Origin: Vicugna vicugna
Taxonomy: Eukaryota
Assembly: GCA_013265495.1 (NCBI GenBank)
Contig: MU057880.1
Location: forward strand, 1,766,527 to 1,830,526
DNA length: 64,000 bases
Direction: 5' to 3'
A program made the position numbers and the translations under genes. The notes under the pieces were generated by a model. That model saw only the letters and a list, made by a program, of their open reading frames with translations. It had not been told where the DNA came from and made no database searches. Within the stretch, counting starts at the first letter, position 1. Every line of letters begins with the position of its first letter. Of this stretch, positions 52,423 through 64,000 are shown piece after piece.

Positions 52423-54479
52423 GTTTAACCTGAGGTAACCGTGGAAAGTCCAGGATGAGATCTGATACACTTCCCTGAAGGTCAGGAGAGAGATGTGGTC
52501 AGCACCACGTCTGGCCAACTACCAGAGCAACCCCGGCAGTAACCGAGGTCTTCTCTGTTTTTATAGATTACCCCGTAAAAGTTTACTGACAATTCTGTGC
52601 CCTAGTCTAGAGTGTGCAATTACTCAATCGATGAATAGATTTTAAGGAAATATTCTGCTCTTCAAATAAATCTGCCCTTTAGATTTGTTTTGAAATAGCA
52701 ATGAATGACTGTTCTTCCAAGAGCTTTGAACGGGACTGCATAAAATTGTGAAAATTGATCATGAAACGCAAGGAATAATTATTAAGCATTTATGTGAAGG
52801 AGTTTTTACAAGTATATAATGATTTTGGTCCTGGCGTCAAAGAATTCAGTCTCCCTAAGAGAAATGGTCATTATCTTCACCAGATTCTGTTTTCTATTCA
52901 ATTGGAAATGAGGGAAATACTTGTAAATGCTTTAAAGGAATATTCCTGTCAACCTGCAATCGTGATTTCCTTTGGACATGACACTCATTCATGGTGAAAC
53001 AATTTGATTTGAGTCTTCAGGAGCTAGCCCAAAAGATGCTGGATGCAACACATTCATCGAATTCATTGCACATCATGCTCCTGTGGAAAGTCAGCCTTTT
53101 CATGTCGGTTTCTGCAGATTTTCCCTTGTGGAAACCCACTCTGTCATTCCTGGCGGTGTCCCTTGCTTGGGGTGGGGTTCCGTGTGTGGGTGACTGTGGA
53201 CTTGTCTGTACAACAGTGAACAGCTCCTTCAAGACTTCCTTGTCCTTGTTTCTTCCCTCACCCCACTGTGTAAGAGTTTACCTGTTTGTTGCCATTGAGA
53301 TGCTAAAGGACCTCTGACAACCATATCCCTGAGAGGGACTTCCATCATTCTGATCCAGGGCCTCAGACAGTTTTCTAGAGAAGGCTTTTTATTTGGGACA
53401 AAACAAGAAAAGCCAGAAAGAAATGGAAGACTTCTCATTTGTCTCAGAAAATGTTCTTGGAACAACCCTTGATGTATTTCACAGACCTCTTGTTTCTATG
53501 CGATGCACTCAAACTTTCCTCCTAGAGTCAACTGAAACCAATTTGTGCTTTGGGAAATCACCTAAGATTGGCTCAAAGATTTCTGGACGAAGATGCCCAT
53601 GACATGCATAGGTGCACACATGCAGCACACAAGACAATCCAAATATCTAACAATAAATATGAGAATGGAAGAGTAAGGTAGACAGTTCTATGACCATTTT
53701 ATCATTTGTCTCTATGTGTCTTAAAATTCACTTTCATCGAAGTATAGTGTACATGGGCAGAGGTGGCAAATTCTAAGTATATTTACCTATAAATTTTCAC
53801 CAAGTATATTCCTGTAAACACAACATAGGAAAAAGTTGAATATGAACCAGTATTTTCAATATAAGGATTCACCATCTTTATATGCAATGTACACTTTATA
53901 ATGCAGATTTTATTTTTTTCTAATTTTGTCAATTTCCCTTTTTACTGTTGTTTTAGTTTTTAAAGTTAATCAAATGACTGTTCCTTTTCTATCCTCTCAT
54001 GTGAATGTGGGATTTCTTCTTTTTTTTGTAATTCCATTAGTGTTTACCCTGCATCATAATCAAATGCTCTACCATCACCAAATACAGACCGAACGCCAGT
54101 ATTATTGTCTTTCTGTTAATAATGTAATCCAAGCACCTACACTTAGTAGACAATCCGTTTAAAGAATTAATGAATATATCACTCTCATTGCATAAATACA
54201 AAAAACACTATTATTGTATAAATGCAAATGTACACTATTATTGTATAAACACTCCAAAAAAATACTGTATAAATGCAAAAAATGTTGACTCACCAAAGAG
54301 CTCTATACTCCAGATTCCCGCTTGGAATACTTTTAACTTCTCCAATTTTGCCACCAGGTTATGCTTTCGCAGCAGGGACTTCATCCTTTGCTTTCCATTA
54401 CCACATTCCCTGTGTTGTGTTCCATCTACGAGAATCTTCCTGTGACATAACATATCGTTAAACCCTTCTGGTTGCTATG

Positions 54480-55380
54480 ACAACCCATACACTCATTGTT
54501 CACTGGCATTTCTTCCCTGTTTCCTCTGTACCACCTTAGAGAGTCTTGATTAGTTTATTATGATCACTGTTTGTCTGTTTCCTTCAGTGGATGATATAGT
54601 CTGAAAACCCTCTACAAGCAAACCTGTATCTACTTCACTCTGGCTGATCAGTGGTACCCTGGCTGGAACAGGATTCCAGGTGGGCAGCCTTTGCCTGTCA
54701 GTCCTCTGTGATCCCACAGTATCCCAGCTCCCAGCGTTGCCTGGTGCAAAATTTATTCTTTGTTTCCCTTGTAACTAGCTCCCTTCCTCTGAAAGCTTAG
54801 AACATGAGCTCCTTAATCACGGACTTCCTGAATTTCACCAGGATAAGCATCAGTCCTGCTGAAGATGAAATTTCTCTCTCCTTCAATTTTTATTTTTCCT
54901 CCTTCCATTTTCCTATCCTTTTCTTTTGAATTTGTATGCATCTGTTTTACAAGTCCATGTCTTTTTCTGTCATGAATTCCATTCCTTTGCATTTTGCTCT
55001 ATTCAAGCCATTTTTTCTATTTTATCTTCAAGATTACTTTTCCCAGGTCTCAACTGTGAAACTTTAGTCCTTTACATCATCGCTAAAATTTTCATATTAA
55101 AAAACATTATGGAATATTTAGTATCCCAATAGTCTTGGTAGCTATGTTCAAATCTCCTAGAATAGTTTCTTTGCTTATTAATCAAGTTATAGCCTACCTC
55201 CTCCAGCAAATCCAAACCCCTAGGAACTGGCTGTTTTGGGTTTTGTTCCTGTTTCCAGTTCCTGAGTACTCCCAGCTGAACAGTTATTTTTCTTTACCTA
55301 TTTATGATGTCAAATTCAGGTTTATGTTTGGCTTTATCCAAAATAACAGCAAATGTGAACTTACACTCTGACCTCATAAT
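54480..55380 (-). mobile_element. Ancient L1ME-like ORF1/5' region, antisense
   Basis: Degenerate pyrimidine-rich sequence (ggctggaacaggattccagg; ctgaatttcaccaggat). Confidence 0.45.
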
Positions 55381-58300
55381 TCTCCCAAAGTTCAGATGAA
55401 ACTACTCCATCAGTGTCAGGAACAGGGAAGGTCCAGGCACAGAATCAAAGTCTCAGCAGCCGCTCTGAGCTCAGGGACCACAGGGTGTCCCCAGGGACAC
55501 TGACCCCAGCTGTCACTGCCATCTTCCCTCTGCGCGTCTGTGCAAGTCAGGGCACCAAGCTCTCTGCAGACTCTGTTCAGATCTCACTGTGTCTGCAAAC
55601 CTCTTCACTGCAGATCACCAAGCTGCCTGAGGCCCAGGAAGGAGTGGGGCCAGGGCCTTTTTCCTCTGGTGAGACCCTGGTGATGCCGGAGGCTTTTCCC
55701 ACACCTCACAGCCCTGACGGGCTTCCCCAGAAACTGCTCTACTCATCGGAGGAGGACTGGAGTTAGATGAGGAGAACAGATTCAGTTTCAAGCAAAAACT
55801 CTTTTTACAAAGTATCAGAAGGCTCACCTAGCCCTTGACAATCAGAAAAAAAAATAAAGTGAGATTTTATTGTCACTATGGTTGTTGCAATAATGGTAAT
55901 ATTACAGGGAAAAGTTATGCCACATAAGGGGAAATATTCAGGATTTGGTTTGACATGGTTAGCATCATTTCTCTAAATTGGTCCAATACATGCAAATGGA
56001 ATTCTCGTGTTTCATTGTTCGATTATTATTATGCTTCATAAGCAGAGTAGAATTAAAAGATGCTAATGGTTTTATATCCTTACTAAAATAAGAATCCTGC
56101 ATCTCACTGTCAATAAAAACAAAACAATGGGGAAAATTCTTTGTGCATATGACAGAAAGCACAATAATTCTATGGCATTCTAAATACAAAAAGGTGTCTC
56201 TATTGCAGATATCTGCATTCTCCCGTATTATTCATTCTATTATGTGTGGCCAACATTGTTTGAAAACAGAGATGGCCCTTCAGTTTTTTAAATCATACAG
56301 TAGAGTCCAGCGGTTTCCCCATAAAACAGAGAACTTAAAAGCTAAAAATGTCTTCAATTTTCAGTGCTGAGACAGTGTAAGATGAATACGTTTTAAAGAC
56401 CAAAGACCAATGTAGGAAGAGGAAAAAAATAACACATTTAGAATGCCACACTTCTCCATAATCCAAACTAATTTTTGATTTATAAATTTAATGTAACTTG
56501 GATCTTTAAAAAGAATACTGGATTAGAGTTGAACAAATGAAAAAATAATCTTTTTCAACAACTTAATTATGTTCTCAAAATATGAAAATTAGTAGTATTA
56601 TCTTATAATGTTTCTTGTATTGTTTGTAAAGTCACAATCCAGATAATCATTTAGAATTTGATTCTTTATGCCCATGAATGTACTACAGAGTTGCAATAAG
56701 TCAATACACACATACATACAATATATCAGTGAATTTATTTGACATCATATACAGATAGTACTATAGGTTACAACCCACTCCCCCCAAAAAAACTTGATTC
56801 TAAACCCCAATGCTTCCTTTCCCTAATTCGTTTTTGTAAGTCAGTTACACAACGCAAAGTTTCTAAAACTTTAATGTGCATATGTACCCAAGGTCTTGTT
56901 AAAACACAGATGCTTACCTTAACAAGCTCCCAGGTAATGCTGCTGCAATTCGTGGACCACCTTTTTCAAAACAGAGGACCTTTTGATCTCCTTAAATATA
57001 ACCGAATTCAATGCTCATGAAAGTCACACTGGAATGAAATTTGCAATTGGCAGCCTTTGTGTATAAACACTGTATTTATCTGAGTTTTGAAAAAAATATT
57101 GTGGAGAAAACAATAGCTGATCTAAATCATTTTAACCTTTTTTTCCGTATTGCAACTTATGAGCAGAAAGAGTGGAACATTAATTTAAAATTGAAGTGGA
57201 AAATGATTGAAGGAAATGCCAATGGTCGAGATGATTATTTTCCTAAACTTTTCAAAAGAGTCCTTTCTGATAACAGACACTTACCCTAAAATGTAATGTT
57301 AACTGCAAATTAGGGGCAATCATACCACAGAAAACTCTTAGACAGCTCTTGTCAAATCTCTGGTTTTTGCATTAAGATAGGTATACAAAAAGTTGAACAC
57401 TGCTTGATTTTTCTATTTCTCTGTCCTCGGTATTGCGTTTCCTCCCTGTGCTGTAGATCTGAAGCCTGCACAAATCCTCTCGCTAGTGCTTATATGAAGA
57501 TGAACGTCAGCCTCTTCATTTCCTCACTGCAGCTCTGTGCTCAAGACACCTGCCTTTTGTTTCTTCTCAGCAGACTCACCCCATTCCAATCCCACATGAT
57601 TCTTTGAAAATCGTGTAAAGAGAGAGCTGCCCTTTCTTTTTCCCTGCAGGGTATGTTAGGATATCCCATCATGCACTGGCATTTGAGTGGGAGACCTAGA
57701 TGATGAATATATCCCGTGGAGAGATATTTCAAACCCCACCTGGCTCAGAAGTGCTCTGGGAAGCTGAGTTTTATTTACTGAACAGTTCCGAGATGGTTCC
57801 CCGTGATGCATCGTTGTTGCTGGTGTTTGGTCTTTATTCCCTACCGAGTGAAATGTGATTAGTTTTAAAGCAAAGGTGTGTTAAAATGACCTTTCAGTCC
57901 CTGCTGATACAAAGAAAGCCATTTCTGAGCCAGGAACCACCATTTAGCTATCTAAATGACCTTCTGTTCATTTTTGCCTCCTCCCTGGGGCAGAGGTCTT
58001 TCCTGTGTTTTCTGCTTGCTTCTTTTGTTTCCTTTTGACTATTCTAGCTCTTGGATCACTTTTGATTTTTATTTTGATGTGTGTAAATAAGTAAAAGACT
58101 TCTAATCTTTTTCATTGTGTACCTTTTCCACAGCTCAGATGTTTATTCTGACATTTTATTGAATGTTTTCATTATTTTTAAATATGCAAACAAACATGTT
58201 ATTAAAATGAGAAGAAAATGGAAATAAGAAAAGAAATTTTTGTGAAGACATTTTTAGTAATTTAAAAGGACGATTGGCAAGGCTATATCCTAATGTATAG

Positions 58301-58399
58301 ATAGATGGCTAGATAGATACTTGTTATTTGAGCAAAAGATTAGTAGGAAGAACATTTACTATCCCATTATTAAAATCACAAAAAAAATAATGTGAAAAA

Positions 58400-58545
58400 C
58401 TACAACTATCAACAGCTTGTAATAATGTATAAAGAAAAAGAATATGAAAAAGAATTGTATATGTATGTGTAAATGAATCACTATTCCATATACCAGAAAC
58501 TAACACAACATTATAAATCAACTATACTTCAATTACAAAAATCTA
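58400..58545 (+). mobile_element. Short L1 3' end
   Basis: cttgtaataatgtataa...ccagaaactaacacaacattataaatcaactatacttcaatt. Confidence 0.85.
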
Positions 58546-58943
58546 CAGCTAAAATAAGACATACCAAAACTACCCAACACCACAAAAAGCAATCTGGAGT
58601 CACAACTACATGGTAAGCATTGTGGTAAGCTCTGCCAAAACAGAAATACATGGCATTAAAATTTTTGATTTGTTTGGGTACACAGTTTTCTAGTAATTTG
58701 CCCAAAGTCAATTGTTATTGATACTTCCTTCTCTTTCTGTGTGAAATAATTCCCTGATCCAGTTCCAGGAAATAATACATAGAAATGCTACAAATCTGGG
58801 ATAGTAGAATTTAGGAGATTGGTCCAAAATGAGTCTAAAATGTTTCAACTTGCTGTACTATGTTTGTGCTCCACATTAAGCATGTGGATTTATTGAGTTT
58901 GTTTTTTTTTTTTGGACTAGAACACTCTACAAGTTAACAAACT

Positions 58944-59118
58944 CAGTGGTTCTCAAAGTATGGTCCTTAGAGTAGCAGCAAAAGCACCACCTGGGGAATT
59001 GTCATAAATGCACGTTTTCAGGACACAACTCAACCACACTGAACTGAACACTCTGGGCGTGGAGCTCAGAAATTTCTATTTTAATAATAAGCTCCCTGGT
59101 GATTCTGATACACATTAT
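58944..59118. mobile_element. MER5A (hAT-Charlie)
   Basis: cagtggttctcaaagtatggtcc...cagca...cacctgggga...aaatgcac...ctctggg...taagctccctggtgattctgat. Confidence 0.85.
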
Positions 59119-60039
59119 GTTTCCTCTAGCCTAATTCCCTCTTTATCAAAGGAGATCATTGAAATTGAGGCATCACCCAGATCACACAACTAGCTAAAAT
59201 CTTGCAGAACATAAGTTGTAGCAGGTACTGGGCTCCCAGTTACACAGTCTGATCCACAGCATAATTGAAGTCATGAAATAATTACATGTGAAAAGTAAGA
59301 TCATGTCTTATATCTGCATTACTTCAGCATTTGGGAGTATATGGCATTATTCTAATACCAACAGCAAATCAAAAATTAAACCTAATCAGTCAGGTCACAT
59401 TGCATAATTATTTAAATGTCTAACGGTGACAAGAGGTCCAGCATAAGGTTAGGTTCTACTGCTGAGAAGATCTCTTACAGTTATTAGAGAGGTTGGTCTG
59501 TTTTTGCCTTAGTTTAACACAATTTGAATCTGAATTCAGGATGTCTTCAGTTTGATTGTTGAAGAATGGCTGTAGAAGACGTTGAGCAGAGAAACAGAAA
59601 TTGCAAAGGAGTTATTTCTGAGAAAGTAATGAAAGGAGTTAATGTATCTTTTAGGATGAAGAAAAATATCAATGATCAGTGAAAAGATAAAATTGTGGTT
59701 GTCTTTAAGCACATGAAATACATACATTTCTGTGTCATCCACTATCATTCTCCACTCATTATTTCCCATCTGCCTACAAAGATACCCACATGACACCATC
59801 TGAAAAATAAAATTTCCTTAAATCTTCATTTAATCTGCATGCTAAATTCATTCTTTCCTTCACTGTAAATTGTAGCTTTTATAACTACAAAGTTAATACT
59901 GATTAAAAGTTGAAAACTTGCATGAAGTACCTCTAATTAATGTGTGCTATCAGAGGATGTATGTATGTTCATTTGGTTGCCAAAAGGCAAAACATCATCA
60001 TTGCTTTGAAGCTTTTAAAAAACTAACAAACTTGGAAAT

Positions 60040-60600
60040 TTTCCATTTCACTAAATAGTCTTTTAAAGGCATAATTGCAGTGGGTACTAAATATTCTGTT
60101 ACATAGACGTACTATAATTTGCCAACACCCAATTTTTAGATATTTCACTTATTCCCAACTGTTCATTATTATGCATGAACCTGTGATGACAAACATCCTT
60201 GTAGTATATAAATAAAATTTTTGAGTAACTCATCTTATTCTTAGCTAAAACCTAAAAAGTAAAATTAACCAAAACCACTTAGAATTTTGCTATACATTTC
60301 AAGTTGCCTTTTATACTTCTGTAGAAGTGTTAACATTCAACAAGTGATATTTAAAACTTTTACTATTTTTGTATCTTTAACAATTTTATAAAGCAATAAT
60401 GATACTTTTGTTTCTGTTTCATTAAGTGTTATTTCTGTGGTGGGATAATGTTCTTAAATAATTATTGGCCATTTGTATTTCCTGTTCAAGTACTTTGCCC
60501 ATGTTTGATGATGTGTTCATGCTTTTTTATCAATACTCAAAAAGCTCTTTAAATTTAAATATTTTGTATTTCTACTGTAGATACTTATTGTTAATATTTT
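60040..60600 (-). mobile_element. Ancient L1ME-like 3' fragment, antisense
   Basis: gatgacaaacatccttgta; tattggccatttgtatttcc; tttgcccatgttt. Confidence 0.55.
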
Positions 60601-62559
60601 GAAAAGAGCAATTAAAAAGCACCGTCTAATTTTATTTGCATTCTTCTCTTCTCAAATTTTAAGAATCTATTATCTTCTCCCACTGCTGCAAAAACTGCTC
60701 TTGCTAAGAACATCCTCTCAATCAAAACGTGCGTCACTCCTCCTACATTAACTGTCTGCAGCCGGTGTCTTGCCGCCTCTACACCTTAAAATTCTTCTGC
60801 TTTGATTTCCCTGGTTCTACTTCCATCTCTTGGACTAAGTCTTTCATTTCCTCTCCGGCTCCTCTTTCTTTGAACTCCCTTGAAAAGAAGTCTTCCTTGG
60901 AGTCTTGTATTGGTTCTATGATCTTGATTCAAAATACTCACAAGAAGAGAGAGATCCCTGAGAGGCAAGGAGGGCGCTGGGCTCAGACTCGAGAGAATTT
61001 AGTTTTGTCTGAAATCTCCAACTCTACCAGCAACTCCTCACTGAGCAGATAATCCATTTCCAAATTAAAAAGATTGTAACTGAAGCCAACAGACTGTCAG
61101 CATTTAAGCATACCGATTTGACTTTGTCCTTACAATTTTTTTTCCTCCTTTCCTGTTACAAAAGGAAAACTCAACTGTTTGCCTTGGTTAAGACCTCTCC
61201 TAGGCTACTGAGAATTGCTTAAAACAAACATATGAAAAGAAATAACACAAAATAGCACCACCAACAAAACTCATCACGAAACAGATGGCTACTACTATCA
61301 ACCATAAATTAATGTGTAGCTCCTTCAACTCAGCCCTAAAGATAGCAATTCTGAGTTTCTTCCACAAAAGCAAGTTCTTCTCTCTCCTTTCCCTTTATAA
61401 TGACTCCTTAAAAGTTAGATCCTTGGGAGACAAATTGCATAAATCCAAATCTTCATGTACTCTGGTTCCAAGGCCAAAAGTATGATATGATATGGTACAG
61501 AACTCAGGGCAGTAGCTGAAAGAAGAGGCAAAGACACAAGAAAGGTATTATTTTATTTTTAAGATGATTATATTTAAACACATTTTAAAGCTAATGGGAA
61601 AGGGAATTTTTTTTAAATATGTTATATTCTAGGTCTCAGTTTTATGATCTGAACAATGGTGAAAATCTTAAAAATGTCTCAAATATAAAGTTGACATTAG
61701 TTGCCTGATAATAGTAAAAATTTAATTTTTAAGACATGATACTTACTCTTTCCCCCTCTTCATTTAAAATATGACATCTACATTGTTATCCATATGGTTC
61801 CTTCCCTAATTCTTATTCACTCTTTGACTGACCTGAAAATTGGAAACAGGCAGAAGAGATTACTGGGTGGTTCCCACTGCACTGCTCAGCTTAACTGTCT
61901 ACAGATAGGGTGATTTAGAAAAAAATCTATCGAGGCAGAAGTTGTAGACTTTTGTCTGTTCAATCGACAAATTGTTTCTGTCTGGTGAAACTGTAATTCC
62001 AGAAGTTAGAGTGGATGGTTCTATCAGACAGTAATAGTTTTGTATCTAACTCCTGGCTGGCACTTCTTTGTGAAGTTGTCAGCAAATACGTAATTCTCAA
62101 ATGTTCTTTGGGTCATTTATAGCACCTTTCTTATAATTAATGAGTTGAATACAATTTTTGACAAGCGTTCACTTTATTTTTCATAAGAGTCATGATTTTA
62201 ACTTTTTGGAAAAATACTTAAATTCACTGCAATCTAGCACAATATTCACAGTATTATGGCAAAGGAAGAATATTTGTCTCTGTCCATTGAGAAGTGTAAG
62301 GTTCACATGTATTAAATAAATTGCCCAGTTTCGCACAGCTTCTGAGGGCTGAGCCTAGAAATGGGGAGGATTTTCACAAATCAGGCCAAATGACCACATG
62401 CTGAAGTTCTACAAATTTGTGAATACATTAAATGGCAAAGCCTTCGAGTACTATTAATTTTATTAAATATTTTTGGGAAAATGTGGATTTTAAAGTATAA
62501 ATTTTATATTATACATATTTTTGTACTGAATCCCAAATTATATGAAATTTTATGATTGC

Positions 62560-63950
62560 TCATGAAATGACAGAGATTATGGACAAAGCAGGAAGGACAG
62601 GAAAATGTTGTTATAAATATGCTGCAGATATTCAAAGGTAACTGTGACCATGATGTGGAGAAAAATAAAGGACATTAAAAAGAACTACATGAAGCATCTA
62701 GAGATAAACACATACAATATCTGAAAATTTTAAAATATACATACTAAAAGGGTTTAAGAGAAATTTAGATACTGAACAAAAATAATAAGAGAATGTACAA
62801 CAGAGAATACCAGTGATCAATGGGAAGGTAAAATGTGTGAGTTATTAGAGAAATTTATTTAAGAAAAAGGAAAGAAAAAGGGAGTATAAATATAAAGAAA
62901 TTAATGGCTGAAATTTCCCCAAATTTGGCAAATTCAAACAAGCTCAACAAATCCAAAGAAAAAGAAAACCAAAGAAAACCACCAAGGCACATCTTAATCA
63001 AATTAGGAAAAAAAATCCATGATAATGAGTAAAATCTTTAAAGTCAAGAGAAAGAAAAACAGACAGTACACAAGAGAAACAGAATAAAAGTGACAGCCAT
63101 TTCTTGTCAAATCATACGCCAAAAGACAACAGAGAGACATTTACAAAGTAAATTAATTTTAAAAAATGGAATTCTCCATTCAGTAAAAACACCTTAAAAA
63201 TGAAAAGGCAAAACATTTTTTAGACAAATGTTGAAAGAAATCATTGTCAGTAGACTTGTACTATAAGACATGGTAAAAAGAAGCTTTTCAGGAAGAAAAA
63301 AATAAGATATCAGATGGAAATTTGGATCTGCAAGAGGATTCAGGAGAGCCAGAAATGATTAATATGTGAGTAAATATAGAAGACATTTTCTCATTTTAAT
63401 CTGATGAGTTTAAATGACTTTAAAGGCAAAAAGTAAATACTAATGTATTTTGAGTTTTATACCATACATAAAATATATAACACCAATAGCCAATGAAATG
63501 AAGTAGAGAAAGTATATTGTTGTAAGGTTCATATACTATACATGAAGCAGAAAAATATTATTTAAAAATAGACTGTGACCACTAAGGAGAGAGAGACATA
63601 GAGATAAAAATAGAGATGGCAGTGGGTGGTAGAGAGAATCCAACAATAGAGGAAAGAACAAATAATTGAAAACTCAGTTAATGAAAATGGTGGCACAGAG
63701 GGAAGAAAAACAGATCAGAAAGCAGACAGAACAAACAGAACACACAGCAAATAGTTTTAAACTCAACCATATCAATAATTATAATAAATGTAATTGATTT
63801 AAATTCTCAAAGTAAAAACTGAGGATTGTCATAGGTAATTGTTTTCAAAAACCAGTTCTTTGTTATCTACAAGAAACCCATCCTAATTTTGTGTATGCAG
63901 ATGAGGTAAGAGCCAGTGGATGGAAAAAATTTCCACCTTAAAACAAGAGC
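62560..63950 (+). mobile_element. Old L1 ORF1 to start-of-ORF2 remnant
   Basis: aatggctgaaatttccccaaatttgg; cagatggaaatttggatct; aaccatatcaataattataataaatgtaa; tatctacaagaaaccca. Confidence 0.8.
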
Positions 63951-64000
63951 ATGTCCTAAGCTTGAGATCTTGCTTGTAACAAGACCTACTGTGTGTTCAG

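Noticed and set aside
57695..57775. C/D box snoRNA-like spacing (ATGATGA ... CTGA about 70 nt apart)
   Set aside because: No terminal stem, no recognisable rRNA/snRNA guide and no evident host gene; the motifs are short enough to occur by chance.
1..64000. CRISPR arrays, operons, rRNA, NUMT or processed pseudogene of a known gene
   Set aside because: No regularly spaced repeat-spacer structure and no recognisable homology seen by eye; a BLAST search would be needed to exclude highly decayed copies.

Overview
Mammalian, AT-rich, transposon-dense non-coding DNA (intergenic or deep intronic). It is most likely camelid, because it carries three tRNA-Ala-derived Vic-1-like SINEs. I could not recognise any host protein-coding exon, RNA gene, CRISPR array or prokaryotic feature. 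The only recognisable protein homologies are decayed L1 ORF1/ORF2 and an ERVL pol remnant (RT-RNaseH-integrase, about 35.2-36.8 kb, minus strand). The window also holds old and young LINE-1 fragments, two ERV1-type solo LTRs, MLT2/MLT1 LTR pieces, DNA transposons (MER2, Tigger1-derived, MER20, MER5A), MIR/L2 traces, microsatellites and a 655-nt assembly gap. I found no convincing novel biological system. The most notable observations are structural: a probable 5'-inverted (twin-primed) young L1 spanning the gap, an MLT2/Tigger1/ERVL nested-deletion chimera, a tail-less L1 ORF2 patch inside an older L1, closely spaced inverted L1 3' ends, and a few candidate cis-regulatory motif clusters. Repeat family names come from recalled consensus sequences and boundaries are approximate; RepeatMasker/Dfam should confirm them.
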